Below, one piece after another: positions 11,126 through 21,630 of a stretch of DNA of 64,000 bases. The stretch lies in assembly GCA_026196105.1 (NCBI GenBank), contig JAPHRK010000005.1, positions 7,636-71,635 on the forward strand, in the 5' to 3' direction. This stretch comes from Rhodospirillales bacterium (GTDB taxonomy: Bacteria > Pseudomonadota > Alphaproteobacteria > Rhodospirillales > JAPHRK01). Below the pieces are notes generated by a model. It ran no database searches. It was not told the DNA's origin and saw nothing but the letters and a program-made list of their open reading frames with translations. Both the position numbers and the translations under genes were made by a program. Position 1 is the first letter of the stretch, and each line of letters starts with the position of its first letter.

Positions 11126-13045
11126 GTGATGGCTCAAGACACCGAAACTAAAGGAAATATCGACCCATCTGAGTCTCCTACGGAGTCGCTGACCCAAGGT
11201 ATTGAGGTCATCAAATCCTATTTAAAATCCCTTCCCAATAGACCCGGTGTTTATCGCATGATGGATTCTAAAGGGAATGCCCTTTATGTGGGGAAAGCCA
11301 AAGATTTAAAAAAACGGGTCAGCAGTTATACCCGACCTCAGCGGCAAGTGATTCGAATTCTAAGAATGATTGCGCGCACAACTTCTATGGAATTTATCAC
11401 AACCCATACGGAAGCAGAGGCGCTTCTGCTTGAATCAAACCTGATTAAGAAACTGGCGCCGCGCTACAATATTCTACTTAGGGATGATAAATCCTTTCCG
11501 CTAATCCATCTGACCAGCGCCCATGCTTTCCCTCGCGTGGTGAAGCACAGAGGAGCGCGCGCCAAAGAGGGTGAGTTTTTCGGCCCTTTTGCTTCAGCCT
11601 GGTCCGTGTCTCACACCTTAGATATTCTGCAACAAGCCTTCTTGCTTAGAACCTGTTCGGATTCGGTTTTTGACTCACGCACTCGGCCCTGTTTGCTCTA
11701 TCAAATCAAACGCTGTTGTGCGCCTTGTGTGCCGGACAAAATTGACCAAGAAGATTACCTCGCCCTTGTTGATCAAGCTCGAGCTTTTCTCACAGGGCGC
11801 AGTAAAGAAATTCAAAATGAACTTTCCACTCGTATGCAAGAAGCCAGTGATGCCATGGAGTTTGAAACTGCGGCCGTTTATAGAGACCGCATCCAAGCGA
11901 TGGCCCGTGTTCAGGCCAAACAAGGAATTAACCTTGTTGGGGTTGGGGATGCAGATGTTATTGCGGCCCACCAGGAAGGAGGACAAACCTGTATCCAGGT
12001 CTTCTTCTTTAGGACAAGTTTTAACCATGGCAATCGGGCCTATTACCCAAGCCATAGTAAGGATGCTGAAGTGGCGGATGTTTTGGAGGCTTTTATCGGG
12101 CAGTTCTATGCCAATAAGCCACCGCCAAAACAAATTTTCCTTAGCCATAATCTTTCAGGCTTAAGTGTTTTGAAGGAAGCTTTGGCAGTTCGCGCCGGAC
12201 ACATTGTGCAAATCCAAGTGCCGCAACGGGGCGAAAAACGCAAAGCCATTGATCATGCATTAGTTAATGCCAAAGAAGCCTTGGCCCGTCGTATGTCGGA
12301 AAGTGCATCTCAACGAAAACTTCTTGATGGATTAGCAGAGGCCTTAGGCTTGGAATCGACGCCGCAGCGCATTGAAGTATACGATAATAGCCATATTGCC
12401 GGCACTAATGGTGTGGGCGCTATGATTGTTGCCGGGCCTGAAGGGTTTATAAAACCCGCCTATCGTAAGTTTAATATCAAAGGTGTGGTTGAAGGAAAAT
12501 TCAAAGGGGGCGATGATTACAGCATGGCCCATGAAGTTTTAACCCGCCGATTCTCTCGTGCCCTTAAGGAAGACCCAGGGCGAACCGATGGCCAGTGGCC
12601 TGATCTGGTTATCTTTGATGGCGGTAAAGGACAGTTGAGTATTGCTGTTCAAGTTTTTGAAGAACTTGGAATTGATGATGTGCCTGTTGCCGCTATCGCT
12701 AAAGGTCCCGATCGCAACGCCGGGAAAGAAAAACTGTTCATGCCGGGGAAAGAACCAATCCAATTGGAATTTAAAGACCCGGTTCTTTATTTCCTCCAGC
12801 GTTTACGCGATGAAGCCCACCGTTTTGCTATTGGAACCCACCGGGTTAAAAGAGCAAAAGGGGTGAGTAAATCTATCCTTGATCAGGCTCCAGGTGTTGG
12901 GGCAAAGCGCAAACGAGCCCTGCTTCATCACTTTGGTTCAGCCGCTGCGGTGGCCAATGCCGGTCTTGAAGATTTGGAAGCTGTGGGTGGAATTAGCAAA
13001 GCAATGGCAAAAAAGCTCTATGACCATTTCCATTCTGGAAACTAA
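11126..13045 (+). CDS. uvrC: Excinuclease ABC subunit C
   Basis: GIY-YIG (PGVYRM...LYVGKAK), RPCLLYQIKRCCAPC, RIEVYDNSH, DGGKGQL, RDEAHRFAI, HhH tail. Confidence 0.98.
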   Translation: MMAQDTETKGNIDPSESPTESLTQGIEVIKSYLKSLPNRPGVYRMMDSKGNALYVGKAKDLKKRVSSYTRPQRQVIRILRMIARTTSMEFITTHTEAEALLLESNLIKKLAPRYNILLRDDKSFPLIHLTSAHAFPRVVKHRGARAKEGEFFGPFASAWSVSHTLDILQQAFLLRTCSDSVFDSRTRPCLLYQIKRCCAPCVPDKIDQEDYLALVDQARAFLTGRSKEIQNELSTRMQEASDAMEFETAAVYRDRIQAMARVQAKQGINLVGVGDADVIAAHQEGGQTCIQVFFFRTSFNHGNRAYYPSHSKDAEVADVLEAFIGQFYANKPPPKQIFLSHNLSGLSVLKEALAVRAGHIVQIQVPQRGEKRKAIDHALVNAKEALARRMSESASQRKLLDGLAEALGLESTPQRIEVYDNSHIAGTNGVGAMIVAGPEGFIKPAYRKFNIKGVVEGKFKGGDDYSMAHEVLTRRFSRALKEDPGRTDGQWPDLVIFDGGKGQLSIAVQVFEELGIDDVPVAAIAKGPDRNAGKEKLFMPGKEPIQLEFKDPVLYFLQRLRDEAHRFAIGTHRVKRAKGVSKSILDQAPGVGAKRKRALLHHFGSAAAVANAGLEDLEAVGGISKAMAKKLYDHFHSGN

Positions 13046-13093
13046 TGACTAGAATGCGCTCCTTATTACCATAGCTGACTGCTTGCTTTTTAA

Positions 13094-13678
13094 ATGTATT
13101 ACAACCTGCCTAATATTTTGACCTTTTCCCGGATAATTGCGATTCCGGTTCTGGTCTATTTTATTTTCCTCGAGTCCCCTTTTGGGAACTGGGCAGCTTT
13201 TGGTGTCTATACCTTTGCAAGCATCACCGATTTTTTTGATGGTTACTTGGCTCGGGCCTGGAGTCAGCAGTCCAGTCTCGGTAAATTTCTCGACCCCATT
13301 GCCGATAAATTGCTGGTCTGCGCTATTCTGATTTTGCTCGCAGGTTTTGGTCCTTTAGATGGGATTCACATCTTACCCAGCATCGTTATTCTCAGTCGGG
13401 AAATCACCGTTTCTGGTTTGCGGGAGTTTTTGGCAGAAATCAGGGTAAGTGTACCGGTAACAAATTTGGCTAAATGGAAAACGGCTTTGCAAATGTTTGC
13501 GCTTGGTTTTCTGGTGATTGGTGAAGTTGGTCCAACATTTGGCTCATTCACCTCAACAGAAATTGGGATTTTTGGCATTTGGGCTGCCGCCGTATTAACC
13601 CTGGTAACGGGTTATGATTATCTGCGGTCCGGGTTAAAACATATTCAACAACAAGATGAAAATAACAGTGCTAATTAA
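13094..13678 (+). CDS. pgsA: CDP-diacylglycerol--glycerol-3-phosphate 3-phosphatidyltransferase
   Basis: NLPNILT, TDFFDGYLAR...GKFLDPIADK; conserved uvrC-pgsA order. Confidence 0.96.
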   Translation: MYYNLPNILTFSRIIAIPVLVYFIFLESPFGNWAAFGVYTFASITDFFDGYLARAWSQQSSLGKFLDPIADKLLVCAILILLAGFGPLDGIHILPSIVILSREITVSGLREFLAEIRVSVPVTNLAKWKTALQMFALGFLVIGEVGPTFGSFTSTEIGIFGIWAAAVLTLVTGYDYLRSGLKHIQQQDENNSAN

Positions 13679-13688
13679 GGAGCCGTGA

Positions 13689-14192
13689 GTGAAAGTCTTT
13701 GGTTTGGTAGGATGGAGTGGTAGCGGTAAAACCACTTTGATTAAGTCCCTCATCCCCGAAATTACCGGGCGAGGTTTCACAGTTTCAACGATGAAACATA
13801 CCCATCATAAGTTTGATATCGATAAACCGGGTAAAGATTCTTACGAGCACCGTCAAGCTGGCGCTACTGAGGTGATGGTGGTTTCTGATCGACGTTGGGC
13901 TTTGATGCATGAAACCCGTGATGAACCAATCCCTTCCATGGAAGAATTGATCACCAAAATTGGTCCGGTAGACCTATTGCTTATTGAAGGCTTTAAGTCT
14001 CATGCGCATATAAAAATGGAAGTTTTTCGTCCCTCATTAGGCAAAGAGATGCGCAGTCTTGAAGATGATAGTGTTGTCGCCATTGCCAGCGATGAAGACG
14101 TTCTTAATGCCAACCGCCCTGTGCTGGACCTTAACAACGTCCCTGCTGTGGCTGACTTTATTCTAGACCAGAGCGGTCTAAAGAAGACCTGA
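13689..14192 (+). CDS. mobB: Molybdopterin-guanine dinucleotide biosynthesis protein B
   Basis: GWSGSGKTT, KHTHHKFDIDKPGKDS, LIEGFK. Confidence 0.96.
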   Translation: MKVFGLVGWSGSGKTTLIKSLIPEITGRGFTVSTMKHTHHKFDIDKPGKDSYEHRQAGATEVMVVSDRRWALMHETRDEPIPSMEELITKIGPVDLLLIEGFKSHAHIKMEVFRPSLGKEMRSLEDDSVVAIASDEDVLNANRPVLDLNNVPAVADFILDQSGLKKT

Positions 14193-14202
14193 GGTAAAAC
14201 AC

Positions 14203-15456
14203 ATGTCTCAAGCCAAAGATTGTTGCTTTTCTGGCGAAGAAAAAATGATGCCGCTGGATGATGCTATTGCAAAGCTAAAGACAACGGTTTCTCCAGTTGT
14301 TGCAGAAGAGGCAGTGCCTTTGCGTGATTGTTTGGGCCGTGTTTTGGCCCAAGATGTCATCGCGCCCATGAGCGTGCCCCCTCACAATAATTCTGCTGTC
14401 GATGGCTATGCTGTCCAGCACCAGGATTTGCTCAGTGATGGGCCAACTACTTTACCGGTTACTGAACGGATTGCTGCTGGTCATCCTTTAGGTCGGGCCG
14501 CGGAACAGGGTGAGGCCTTGCGCATATTTACAGGTGCGCCAGTTCCCGAAGGATCTGATACCATTGTTATGCAGGAAGATACGGCTATTGATGGAGAAAA
14601 CGTCGTAATCAACCCCGGTATTAAACTTGGGGCCAACCTTCGCCATGCGGGTGAAGATATCACCATGGGTGATGTTATCTTAAAAAAAGGCACCAAGCTC
14701 CGGCCACAGGAAATCGGCTTAGCTGCTTCTGTTGGTTGCCAATCGCTTATGACCCTTAAGAAACTCCGGGTGGCTGTTTTCTCAACAGGGGATGAAGTTA
14801 AGAACCCAGGCCAAGAGTTGGTGCCAGGGGGTATTTATGATTCTAACCGTTTCATCATCATGAGCCAACTTGAAGGCATGGGATGCGACATTACCGATCT
14901 TGGTATTCTTCCAGACCGCCTGGACCTTATCCAAGGGGCTTTAGAAAAAGCTGCTCCTGATCATGATTTGATGATTACATCGGGTGGGGTAAGCCTTGGT
15001 GAAGAAGATCATGTGAAAGCTGCAGTTGAAGCCCTTGGTGCTTTGCATTTTTGGAAGCTGGCAATTAAGCCCGGACGTCCAATCGCTTTGGGACAAGTAG
15101 GACAAACGCCCTTTATTGGCTTGCCAGGAAACCCTGTTGCCGCCCTTGTCACTTTCATGCGTATCGGTCGTCCAGTGGTGATGCTTCTTTCCGGGCGTGA
15201 TGACATCAACCCGGTGCTCTATCAAGTGAAGTCAGCTTTTGACTTTGATAAAAAACCCGGGCGCCGGGAATGGTTGCGGGCTAAACTGATTAAAGGAGAT
15301 GGGGAATTGAGCGTCGATAAATTTAAGGCCGATGGCTCAGGCATTCTTAATTCAATGGTTCAGTCCGATGGTCTGATTGAGCTGGGTGAAGATTGTACCG
15401 AAGTGAAAAAAGGCTCTTTGGTTAATTTCCTTCCTTTTAGCGAGGTTGCCCGATGA
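14203..15456 (+). CDS. moeA: Molybdopterin molybdotransferase
   Basis: NSAVDGYA, RIFTGAPVP, STGDE, SGGVSLGEED, KPGRP, GLPGNP. Confidence 0.97.
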   Translation: MSQAKDCCFSGEEKMMPLDDAIAKLKTTVSPVVAEEAVPLRDCLGRVLAQDVIAPMSVPPHNNSAVDGYAVQHQDLLSDGPTTLPVTERIAAGHPLGRAAEQGEALRIFTGAPVPEGSDTIVMQEDTAIDGENVVINPGIKLGANLRHAGEDITMGDVILKKGTKLRPQEIGLAASVGCQSLMTLKKLRVAVFSTGDEVKNPGQELVPGGIYDSNRFIIMSQLEGMGCDITDLGILPDRLDLIQGALEKAAPDHDLMITSGGVSLGEEDHVKAAVEALGALHFWKLAIKPGRPIALGQVGQTPFIGLPGNPVAALVTFMRIGRPVVMLLSGRDDINPVLYQVKSAFDFDKKPGRREWLRAKLIKGDGELSVDKFKADGSGILNSMVQSDGLIELGEDCTEVKKGSLVNFLPFSEVAR

Positions 15457-15704
15457 AGGTTCTCTATTTCGCTTGGCTGCGCAGCAAAACTGGAGTTGCC
15501 GAGGAGCTCTTAACCCCCCCCGAATCCGTGGGGACTGTGCAAGAGCTGATCGATTGGCTTATTGAAAGAGGCGCTGGTTATGCCGATGCCTTTGCGGATC
15601 TTTCTTTGGTTCGGGTTGCGGTAAATCAGGAATACGTTGATTTCTCTCATCCGGTCAAAGTGGGTGACGAGGTGGCAATGTTTCCTCCTGTGACAGGCGG
15701 CTAG
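15453..15704 (+). CDS. moaD: Molybdopterin synthase sulfur carrier
   Basis: MKVLYFAWLR...FPPVTGG C-terminus. Confidence 0.97.
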   Translation: MKVLYFAWLRSKTGVAEELLTPPESVGTVQELIDWLIERGAGYADAFADLSLVRVAVNQEYVDFSHPVKVGDEVAMFPPVTGG

Positions 15705-15708
15705 GGCG

Positions 15709-16173
15709 ATGATTCGGGTCCAGGCAGAAGATTTTGATCCCGGCTTAGAAATGGAAAAAATGGCTGAAGGCAACCATGCCATTGGCGGAATGTGTTCCTT
15801 CGTTGGCCTTGTACGTGATATGGACCCAAGTACCGGGGAAGACAAAGCTGTTAAATCCATGACCCTAGAGCATTATCCAGGGATGACCGAAAAGCAGTTG
15901 GAGAAAATTGAAACCCTCGCTAACGAGCGCTGGGATTTGGACGGTACTTTAATTATTCACCGTTACGGTAAACTTAACCCTGGTGAGCGGATTGTACTGG
16001 TGGTTACAGCGTCTCGCCATCGCCAGGCAGCATTTGATTCGTGCAATTTCCTTATGGATTGGCTCAAAACCAAAGCACCATTTTGGAAGTTAGAAGAAAC
16101 CCCTGATGGGGGGCAATGGGTTGATGCCCGGGAAAGCGATAATACAGCGACTGATAAATGGGGCGAAAGCTGA
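15709..16173 (+). CDS. moaE: Molybdopterin synthase catalytic subunit
   Basis: LEHYPGMT, IIHRYG, MDWLKTKAPFWKLE. Confidence 0.97.
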   Translation: MIRVQAEDFDPGLEMEKMAEGNHAIGGMCSFVGLVRDMDPSTGEDKAVKSMTLEHYPGMTEKQLEKIETLANERWDLDGTLIIHRYGKLNPGERIVLVVTASRHRQAAFDSCNFLMDWLKTKAPFWKLEETPDGGQWVDARESDNTATDKWGES

Positions 16174-16201
16174 TATTAAAATATTATTTTAAAGAGTAAA
16201 T

Positions 16202-17023
16202 ATGACCATGGAAGATGACCGTTATCAAGCTATCAAGGCTTATCGCAATGAGGGCTTTGTCGACAGCAGTGATGGACGCGCCCTGAGAATTTTAGCTGAA
16301 TTCATGGAGCCTCAAACGCGGTTAGATAAGTTTAAAATTCAAGATACTATCGTTTTTATGGGTTCAGCCCGCATTTTGAGCCAAGAAAAAGCTGAAATTG
16401 CGATTGAAGAATCTCAAAAAACGGGAAAAGGTAAGAAAAAAGCCAAGAAAGACCTAAAACTCTCCCGTTATTATGAAGAAACACGCCAATTAGCCTTTAA
16501 AATGACAGAATGGTCGAAATCTTTGCAAGGGGATGATCGGCGTTTTGTGGTTTGCACCGGGGGTGGCCCTGGGATAATGGAAGCCGCTAACCGGGGAGCA
16601 TCCGAAGCCAAAGGGGTCAATGTAGGGTTTAATATCTCATTACCTATGGAGCAGCATGAAAATCCTTATATTACTCGTCATTTAACTTTTGAATTTCATT
16701 ATTTTTTCATGCGCAAGTTCTGGTTTGCTTATCTCGCAAAGGCGATTGTTGTTGCGCCGGGCGGTTTTGGAACTTTAGAGGAATTATTTGAGCTTTTGAC
16801 CCTGATTCAAACCCGCGTTATTCGAAAACATCTTCCCATTGTTCTCTATGGGACAGAATACTGGGATAAAGTTTTTGACCTGGAAGCTCTGGCTGATTTT
16901 GGAACAATAGATCGTAAAGATTTAAAACTCTTCTTCAGGACAGACTCAGTCGATGAAGCTTTTGATTACCTAACCAAGGAACTTCTCGAACATTCTATGC
17001 CCATTCCAGGGGCTCGGCGGTAA
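16202..17023 (+). CDS. LOG family nucleotide monophosphate nucleosidase
   Basis: TGGGPGIMEAANRGA, FHYFFMRK, PGGFGTLEELFE. Confidence 0.93.
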   Translation: MTMEDDRYQAIKAYRNEGFVDSSDGRALRILAEFMEPQTRLDKFKIQDTIVFMGSARILSQEKAEIAIEESQKTGKGKKKAKKDLKLSRYYEETRQLAFKMTEWSKSLQGDDRRFVVCTGGGPGIMEAANRGASEAKGVNVGFNISLPMEQHENPYITRHLTFEFHYFFMRKFWFAYLAKAIVVAPGGFGTLEELFELLTLIQTRVIRKHLPIVLYGTEYWDKVFDLEALADFGTIDRKDLKLFFRTDSVDEAFDYLTKELLEHSMPIPGARR

Positions 17024-17038
17024 GTTTATGGCAAAAAG

Positions 17039-17071
17039 AAACCCCAGCGACCACATTCGGTTGCCGGGGTT
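17039..17071. terminator. Probable bidirectional terminator between the LOG gene and ilvE
   Basis: AACCCCAGCGACC...GGTTGCCGGGGTT hairpin with an A-tract on one side. Confidence 0.6.
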
Positions 17072-17095
17072 AATTACTTTATGAGCTGCAGATCG

Positions 17096-17977
17096 TTAGA
17101 CGGTTTTGCCGACTTCTTTGTCGTAATCTTCAATCATCATTTGGCAAACTTTACCTGGGGTAAAACTGTAGTCATCGATTTGACCAACAGGGGTTACCTC
17201 AGCAGCAGTCCCGGTGACGAAAACTTCTTGGGCATTGGCTAGCTCATCAAATTCGATTTCCCGTTCAACAACTTCTAGGCCACGTCGTTTTGCCAGTTCC
17301 ATAACGGTTTGGCGGGTGATACCGTTGAGGAAGCAATCCGGTGTTGGTGTATGCAGCTTGCCATCGGGCATTAGCAAAAAGATATTTGCGCCCGTACCTT
17401 CAGCGAGTTGACCTTTCCAGTTTTGAAAAATGGCATCATCAAAACCTTTATCTTCAGCAGCATGTTTGCTCATGGTGCAGATCATATAAAGGCCAGCCGC
17501 TTTAGCATGAACTGGAGCCGTATCTGGAGCAGGGCGCTTCCAAGGGGATAGGGTCAGGCGAATGCCTTTGGCCCGCATTTCTGGAGAGAAATAGGAAGGC
17601 CATGCCCATGTTGCGATGGCAACGTGAGTTTTGGTGTCTTGTGCTGAAACGCCCATCATTTCACTGCCGCGCCAAGCAACGGGACGGATATATCCATCAA
17701 CAATGTTGTTGGCCTCAATGGTTTTAAGGGTTGCTGCATCTAGCTCTTCTACTGTGTAGGGCATGGCCATACCCAACATAGTTGCTGAATCAACCAGCCG
17801 TTGGCTATGTTCGGTAAGTTTGAAAGCTTTGCCATTATAAACTCGCACACCCTCAAATACGGAAGACGCATAGTGGAGCGCATGGCTCAACACATGTAGT
17901 TTGGCATCCCGCCAATCTAACATTTCTCCATCGTACCAAATTTGACCGTCACGGTCATCAAATGAGGGGCTAGACAT
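17096..17977 (-). CDS. ilvE: Branched-chain amino acid aminotransferase
   Basis: LHYASSVFEG, HAKAAGLY, EGTGANIF, GITRQTV, GTAAEVTPV. Confidence 0.93.
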   Translation of the reverse strand: MSSPSFDDRDGQIWYDGEMLDWRDAKLHVLSHALHYASSVFEGVRVYNGKAFKLTEHSQRLVDSATMLGMAMPYTVEELDAATLKTIEANNIVDGYIRPVAWRGSEMMGVSAQDTKTHVAIATWAWPSYFSPEMRAKGIRLTLSPWKRPAPDTAPVHAKAAGLYMICTMSKHAAEDKGFDDAIFQNWKGQLAEGTGANIFLLMPDGKLHTPTPDCFLNGITRQTVMELAKRRGLEVVEREIEFDELANAQEVFVTGTAAEVTPVGQIDDYSFTPGKVCQMMIEDYDKEVGKTV

Positions 17978-18099
17978 GTAACTTTCTTTCTTAATCTAAG
18001 GGTTCACAGGAATGATGTTGCGTTGATTAACAGTTTCTGGCATATATGTCAATAATGCTGACATAAATTGAGGAGCCGGTTATTTAACCGAACCTGATC

Positions 18100-18582
18100 A
18101 TGACAGAGCGAAAAACCCGTGCTAATCCGCTTTTCCTCCGGGAAGAAGATATTCGCCAAGGTATTGAGCTGTTGTTTTTTGCCTATCGGGATTTCACCAA
18201 AGGCCCTGACAACATGCTTGCCGATTTTGGATTTGGGCGAGCTCACCACCGTGTTATTTATTTTGTCGGACGCCATCCTGGAATGACCGTCAGTGATTTG
18301 CTGAATATTTTACAGATCACCAAACAGAGTTTATCACGGGTCTTAAAACAGTTGGTCGAAGAAGGTTTTATCTCCCAAACTCAAGGAGAAATAGACCGCC
18401 GCCAGCGTTTGCTTAACCTAACGACAAAAGGACAAGACCTGGAGCGTAAGCTTTCAGAAGAACAGCGAGAGAGGATTGCCAACGCCTATCGCAAAGCCGG
18501 AGCTGAAGCTGTTGATGGATTCAGAAAGGTGATGATGGGGATCACAGAGGAAAAAGACCATTTTTCAGGGGATGGCTCTTAA
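18100..18582 (+). CDS. MarR family regulator (PetP-like)
   Basis: LLFFAYRDFT...GRAHHR...ITKQSLSRVLKQL...DRRQRLL; divergent from ilvE and upstream of an RR/HK pair. Confidence 0.92.
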   Translation: MTERKTRANPLFLREEDIRQGIELLFFAYRDFTKGPDNMLADFGFGRAHHRVIYFVGRHPGMTVSDLLNILQITKQSLSRVLKQLVEEGFISQTQGEIDRRQRLLNLTTKGQDLERKLSEEQRERIANAYRKAGAEAVDGFRKVMMGITEEKDHFSGDGS

Positions 18583-18632
18583 AGCTTATCGCTACTTGGT
18601 ATAACCAGCAGAGGGTGGCATACTCTTAAACT

Positions 18633-19316
18633 ATGATAGATGATTTACCACATATTCTTGCCGTAGATGATGACAAACGGTTGCGGGAACTACTGCACAA
18701 ATTTCTCTCTGAGAATGGCTTTTTGGTGACCTCAGCTGCTGATGCTGCTGAGGCGCGGGCCAAGCTCGAGTCTATTTGTTTTGATCTGATTGTTTTGGAT
18801 TTAATGATGCCCGGTGAAAGTGGGTTAGAGTTTGCCCAATCTCTTCGGGAGACAAATGATATTCCCATTCTTATGCTCACAGCGATGAGTGAGCCTGATG
18901 ATCGTATTAGTGGACTTGAAAAAGGGGCGGATGACTATCTCGCCAAGCCTTTCGAGCCTCGTGAATTGCTTTTGCGTATCAACAATATTTTAAAGCGTCT
19001 TCCTCAAGTTCCTTCTGGAACCGACATACTATCCTTGGGTGAAGTGAGTTTTGATCTTAAAAGGGAAGAGTTGAAAAGGGGTGATGAAGTCATTCACCTG
19101 ACCGAAACCGAAAGCGCCTTGCTCAAAATCTTGGCGAAATCACCAGACCGAATTTTAAGCCGTGATATTCTGTGTAAAGAAAGTGGGACCGAGAGCGAAG
19201 GGCGTTCGGTTGATGTGCAGGTGACAAGGTTACGCCGTAAAATTGAAACGGACCCGCGCCAACCTCGATATTTGCAAACTATTCGAGGCCAAGGCTACAG
19301 GTTGAGGCCTGACTAA
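18633..19316 (+). CDS. OmpR-family response regulator
   Basis: REC (VDDD, LDLMMPG, KPF) plus winged helix (RSVDVQVTRLRRKIE, YLQTIRGQGY). Confidence 0.95.
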   Translation: MIDDLPHILAVDDDKRLRELLHKFLSENGFLVTSAADAAEARAKLESICFDLIVLDLMMPGESGLEFAQSLRETNDIPILMLTAMSEPDDRISGLEKGADDYLAKPFEPRELLLRINNILKRLPQVPSGTDILSLGEVSFDLKREELKRGDEVIHLTETESALLKILAKSPDRILSRDILCKESGTESEGRSVDVQVTRLRRKIETDPRQPRYLQTIRGQGYRLRPD

Positions 19317-20666
19317 ATGGAAGATAACCAAGGGGGATTACCAAAGAAAAGAGAATCTCTGATCAAACGCCTGCTGCCGAAAAGTCTGTTTGGTCGCTCT
19401 CTGCTGATCATTGTTACTCCACTGGTTCTCCTTCAGGTGATTTCGGCTTTTATCTTTTATGAAAGTCACTGGGATAAAGTAAGCCGTCGTTTGGCGGCCA
19501 ACCTTGCTGGCGATATTGGCGCCGTGGCTGATCTTCTGAGTGGGGGGTTGAAAAGTATGTCCCTCAGCGAATTAACCGATATGGCTCATGCAAAAATGGA
19601 GTTGGATTTAGTGCTCTTAGACGGGGAGATACTACCAAATATTTCGCCCACCAAAAGCCAATTAAGAAGTAATCTATTTTTTGATAATGCTTTAAAAGAG
19701 CGCTTAAGTAAGCCCTACTTTGTCGACTCCGTCTCACAAAAGAAAAAAATCATTGTTTTCGTTCAACTCTCTGACGGCATCTTGCAAGTTTCGACAACAC
19801 GTAAGCGATTATTTAGTTCAACAACCTATGTTTTTGTTCTGTGGATGGTTGGGTCATCGCTCATTCTCTTTGCTGTCGCGACTATTTTTATGCGCAATCA
19901 GGTGCGACCGATTAGGCGGCTGGCTGGGGCAGCTGAGGCGTTTGGTAAAGGACGTGATACACCAAACTTTAAGCCAGAAGGGGCTCTTGAGGTTCGTCAA
20001 GCTGCGAATGCCTTTATTGAAATGCGACACCGTATCCAGCGTCACATTAGCGAGCGCACCAAGATGTTGGCTGGTGTTTCCCATGATTTGCGGACGCCCC
20101 TTACCCGAATGAAGTTACAGCTCGCCATGTTGGAAGAAGGCCAAGATATTGAGGATCTTAAAGGTGATGTGGCTGATATGGGGCGTATGCTTGATGGATA
20201 TCTCGCTTTTGCCCGAGGAGAGGGGGGAGAAAAACCCGCTCTGTCTGATTTGAACAAATTGCTAAATGAAGTGGTTGTCAGGTCTAAACGAAAAGGAGGC
20301 CTCATCGATCTTCACACAGAAGGACCAATAACGATTTCCCTCAAACCCAATGCTTTTGAGAGGTGTGTCACCAATATTATTGATAATGCAATCCGCTATG
20401 CAGACCATGTTTCAGTACGAGCAGGAAAGCGTGATGAGGCAATTGAGATTACGATTGATGATGACGGACCAGGTATTGCTGAAGAGGAACGCCAACAGGT
20501 GTTTCGCCCCTTTTACCGTATTGATGATTCCCGTAACCAAGATACGGGTGGGGTGGGTTTAGGCATGAGTATTGCGCGAGATATAATGCAGGGCCACGGT
20601 GGTGAGATTATTTTAGGGACTTCCCCGACAGGTGGTTTAAGGGTTAGATTGAGGTTACCCTTATAA
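19317..20666 (+). CDS. EnvZ-like sensor histidine kinase
   Basis: Two TM segments, HAMP, SHDLRTPLTR, DDGPGI, GGVGLG; starts right after the RR stop. Confidence 0.95.
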   Translation: MEDNQGGLPKKRESLIKRLLPKSLFGRSLLIIVTPLVLLQVISAFIFYESHWDKVSRRLAANLAGDIGAVADLLSGGLKSMSLSELTDMAHAKMELDLVLLDGEILPNISPTKSQLRSNLFFDNALKERLSKPYFVDSVSQKKKIIVFVQLSDGILQVSTTRKRLFSSTTYVFVLWMVGSSLILFAVATIFMRNQVRPIRRLAGAAEAFGKGRDTPNFKPEGALEVRQAANAFIEMRHRIQRHISERTKMLAGVSHDLRTPLTRMKLQLAMLEEGQDIEDLKGDVADMGRMLDGYLAFARGEGGEKPALSDLNKLLNEVVVRSKRKGGLIDLHTEGPITISLKPNAFERCVTNIIDNAIRYADHVSVRAGKRDEAIEITIDDDGPGIAEEERQQVFRPFYRIDDSRNQDTGGVGLGMSIARDIMQGHGGEIILGTSPTGGLRVRLRLPL

Positions 20667-20729
20667 AGAACTATTGGCAGGAAAAAATTGTAACGGTATG
20701 TTGGCTACATAAACAATAAGGAAAATTCA

Positions 20730-20921
20730 ATGATTCGTTTAATATTAGCCCTTCTAATTCCCTGGTTTGTTTTCTTCACCATGGGCAAGCTCGTCCAAGG
20801 CATTCTTTGCCTGATCTTACAACTCACCTTGATCGGATGGATTCCTGCAGCAATTTGGGCGGTCTATACCTTGAGCCAGTATAATACTGATAAGAAAATT
20901 TCAGAACTGAAAAACGGTTAA
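20730..20921 (+). CDS. YqaE/Pmp3 family small membrane protein
   Basis: LILALLIPW...GILCLILQLTLIGWIPAAIWAV; AGGA RBS. Confidence 0.85.
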   Translation: MIRLILALLIPWFVFFTMGKLVQGILCLILQLTLIGWIPAAIWAVYTLSQYNTDKKISELKNG

Positions 20922-20937
20922 CAAGGGACAATCAATC

Positions 20938-21192
20938 ATGGAATCCAAGCGGGTCGGCCCCACTATTATTCGACTTATCATTATGTCCCTTGTTGTCGGC
21001 ATAATGCTTAAGTTCTTCAATGTGGACCCACAGAATCTGCTGGCCTCAATTGGACGCCTGTTTGAGAAAGTTATTGAGATCGGTGCAAAGCTTGTTGAAT
21101 GGGGATTTGATTATGTGATCCTCGGGGCCGCTGTGGTAATTCCAATCTGGTTGGTTATGTTCCTTATTCGCTATGCCAAAGCAAAAAAGTAG
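20938..21192 (+). CDS. Small membrane protein (DUF6460-like)
   Basis: RLIIMSLVVG...YVILGAAVVIPIWL pattern, two hydrophobic segments. Confidence 0.7.
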   Translation: MESKRVGPTIIRLIIMSLVVGIMLKFFNVDPQNLLASIGRLFEKVIEIGAKLVEWGFDYVILGAAVVIPIWLVMFLIRYAKAKK

Positions 21193-21215
21193 GAACTAGA
21201 GTTTCCCTTAAGTTG

Positions 21216-21551
21216 TTAAAACATCCGCCCCCCTTTAGGGACTTCTTTTGAAGGCTGGATAAGCACGACTTCACCCTCGTCGTCAGGAAACCCGAGAACT
21301 AAGCATTCACTCATAAACTTGCCAATTTGTTTGGCTGGGAAATTTACCACTGCCGCCACTTGTTTGCTGATAAGGGTTTCAGGGGTGTAATGGACAGTGA
21401 TTTGGGCAGAGCTTTTTTTGACACCAATGTCATCGCCGAAATCCACCTTGAGCTTAAAGGCTGGTTTGCGGGCTTCTGGATAAGGCTCGACTTCAACAAT
21501 TGTTCCTACGCGAATATCTACTTTAAGAAAATCATCGAAGCTAATAGTCAT
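21216..21551 (-). CDS. csaA: tRNA-binding/secretion chaperone CsaA
   Basis: FDDFLKVDIRVG, ARKPA, KSSAQIT, VVNFPAKQIG...SECLVLG. Confidence 0.93.
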   Translation of the reverse strand: MTISFDDFLKVDIRVGTIVEVEPYPEARKPAFKLKVDFGDDIGVKKSSAQITVHYTPETLISKQVAAVVNFPAKQIGKFMSECLVLGFPDDEGEVVLIQPSKEVPKGGRMF

Positions 21552-21569
21552 GGGATGTCCTTAAACAGC

Positions 21570-21601
21570 AAAAAGGGTTGTCCTTTGTAGGACAACCCTT
21601 A
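21570..21601 (-). terminator. Rho-independent terminator of the phasin gene
   Basis: Perfect 12-bp stem AAGGGTTGTCCT/AGGACAACCCTT with a U-tract on the minus strand. Confidence 0.85.
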
Positions 21602-21630
21602 ATGCAGGTCAAAGAATGTGACCGAGTAAC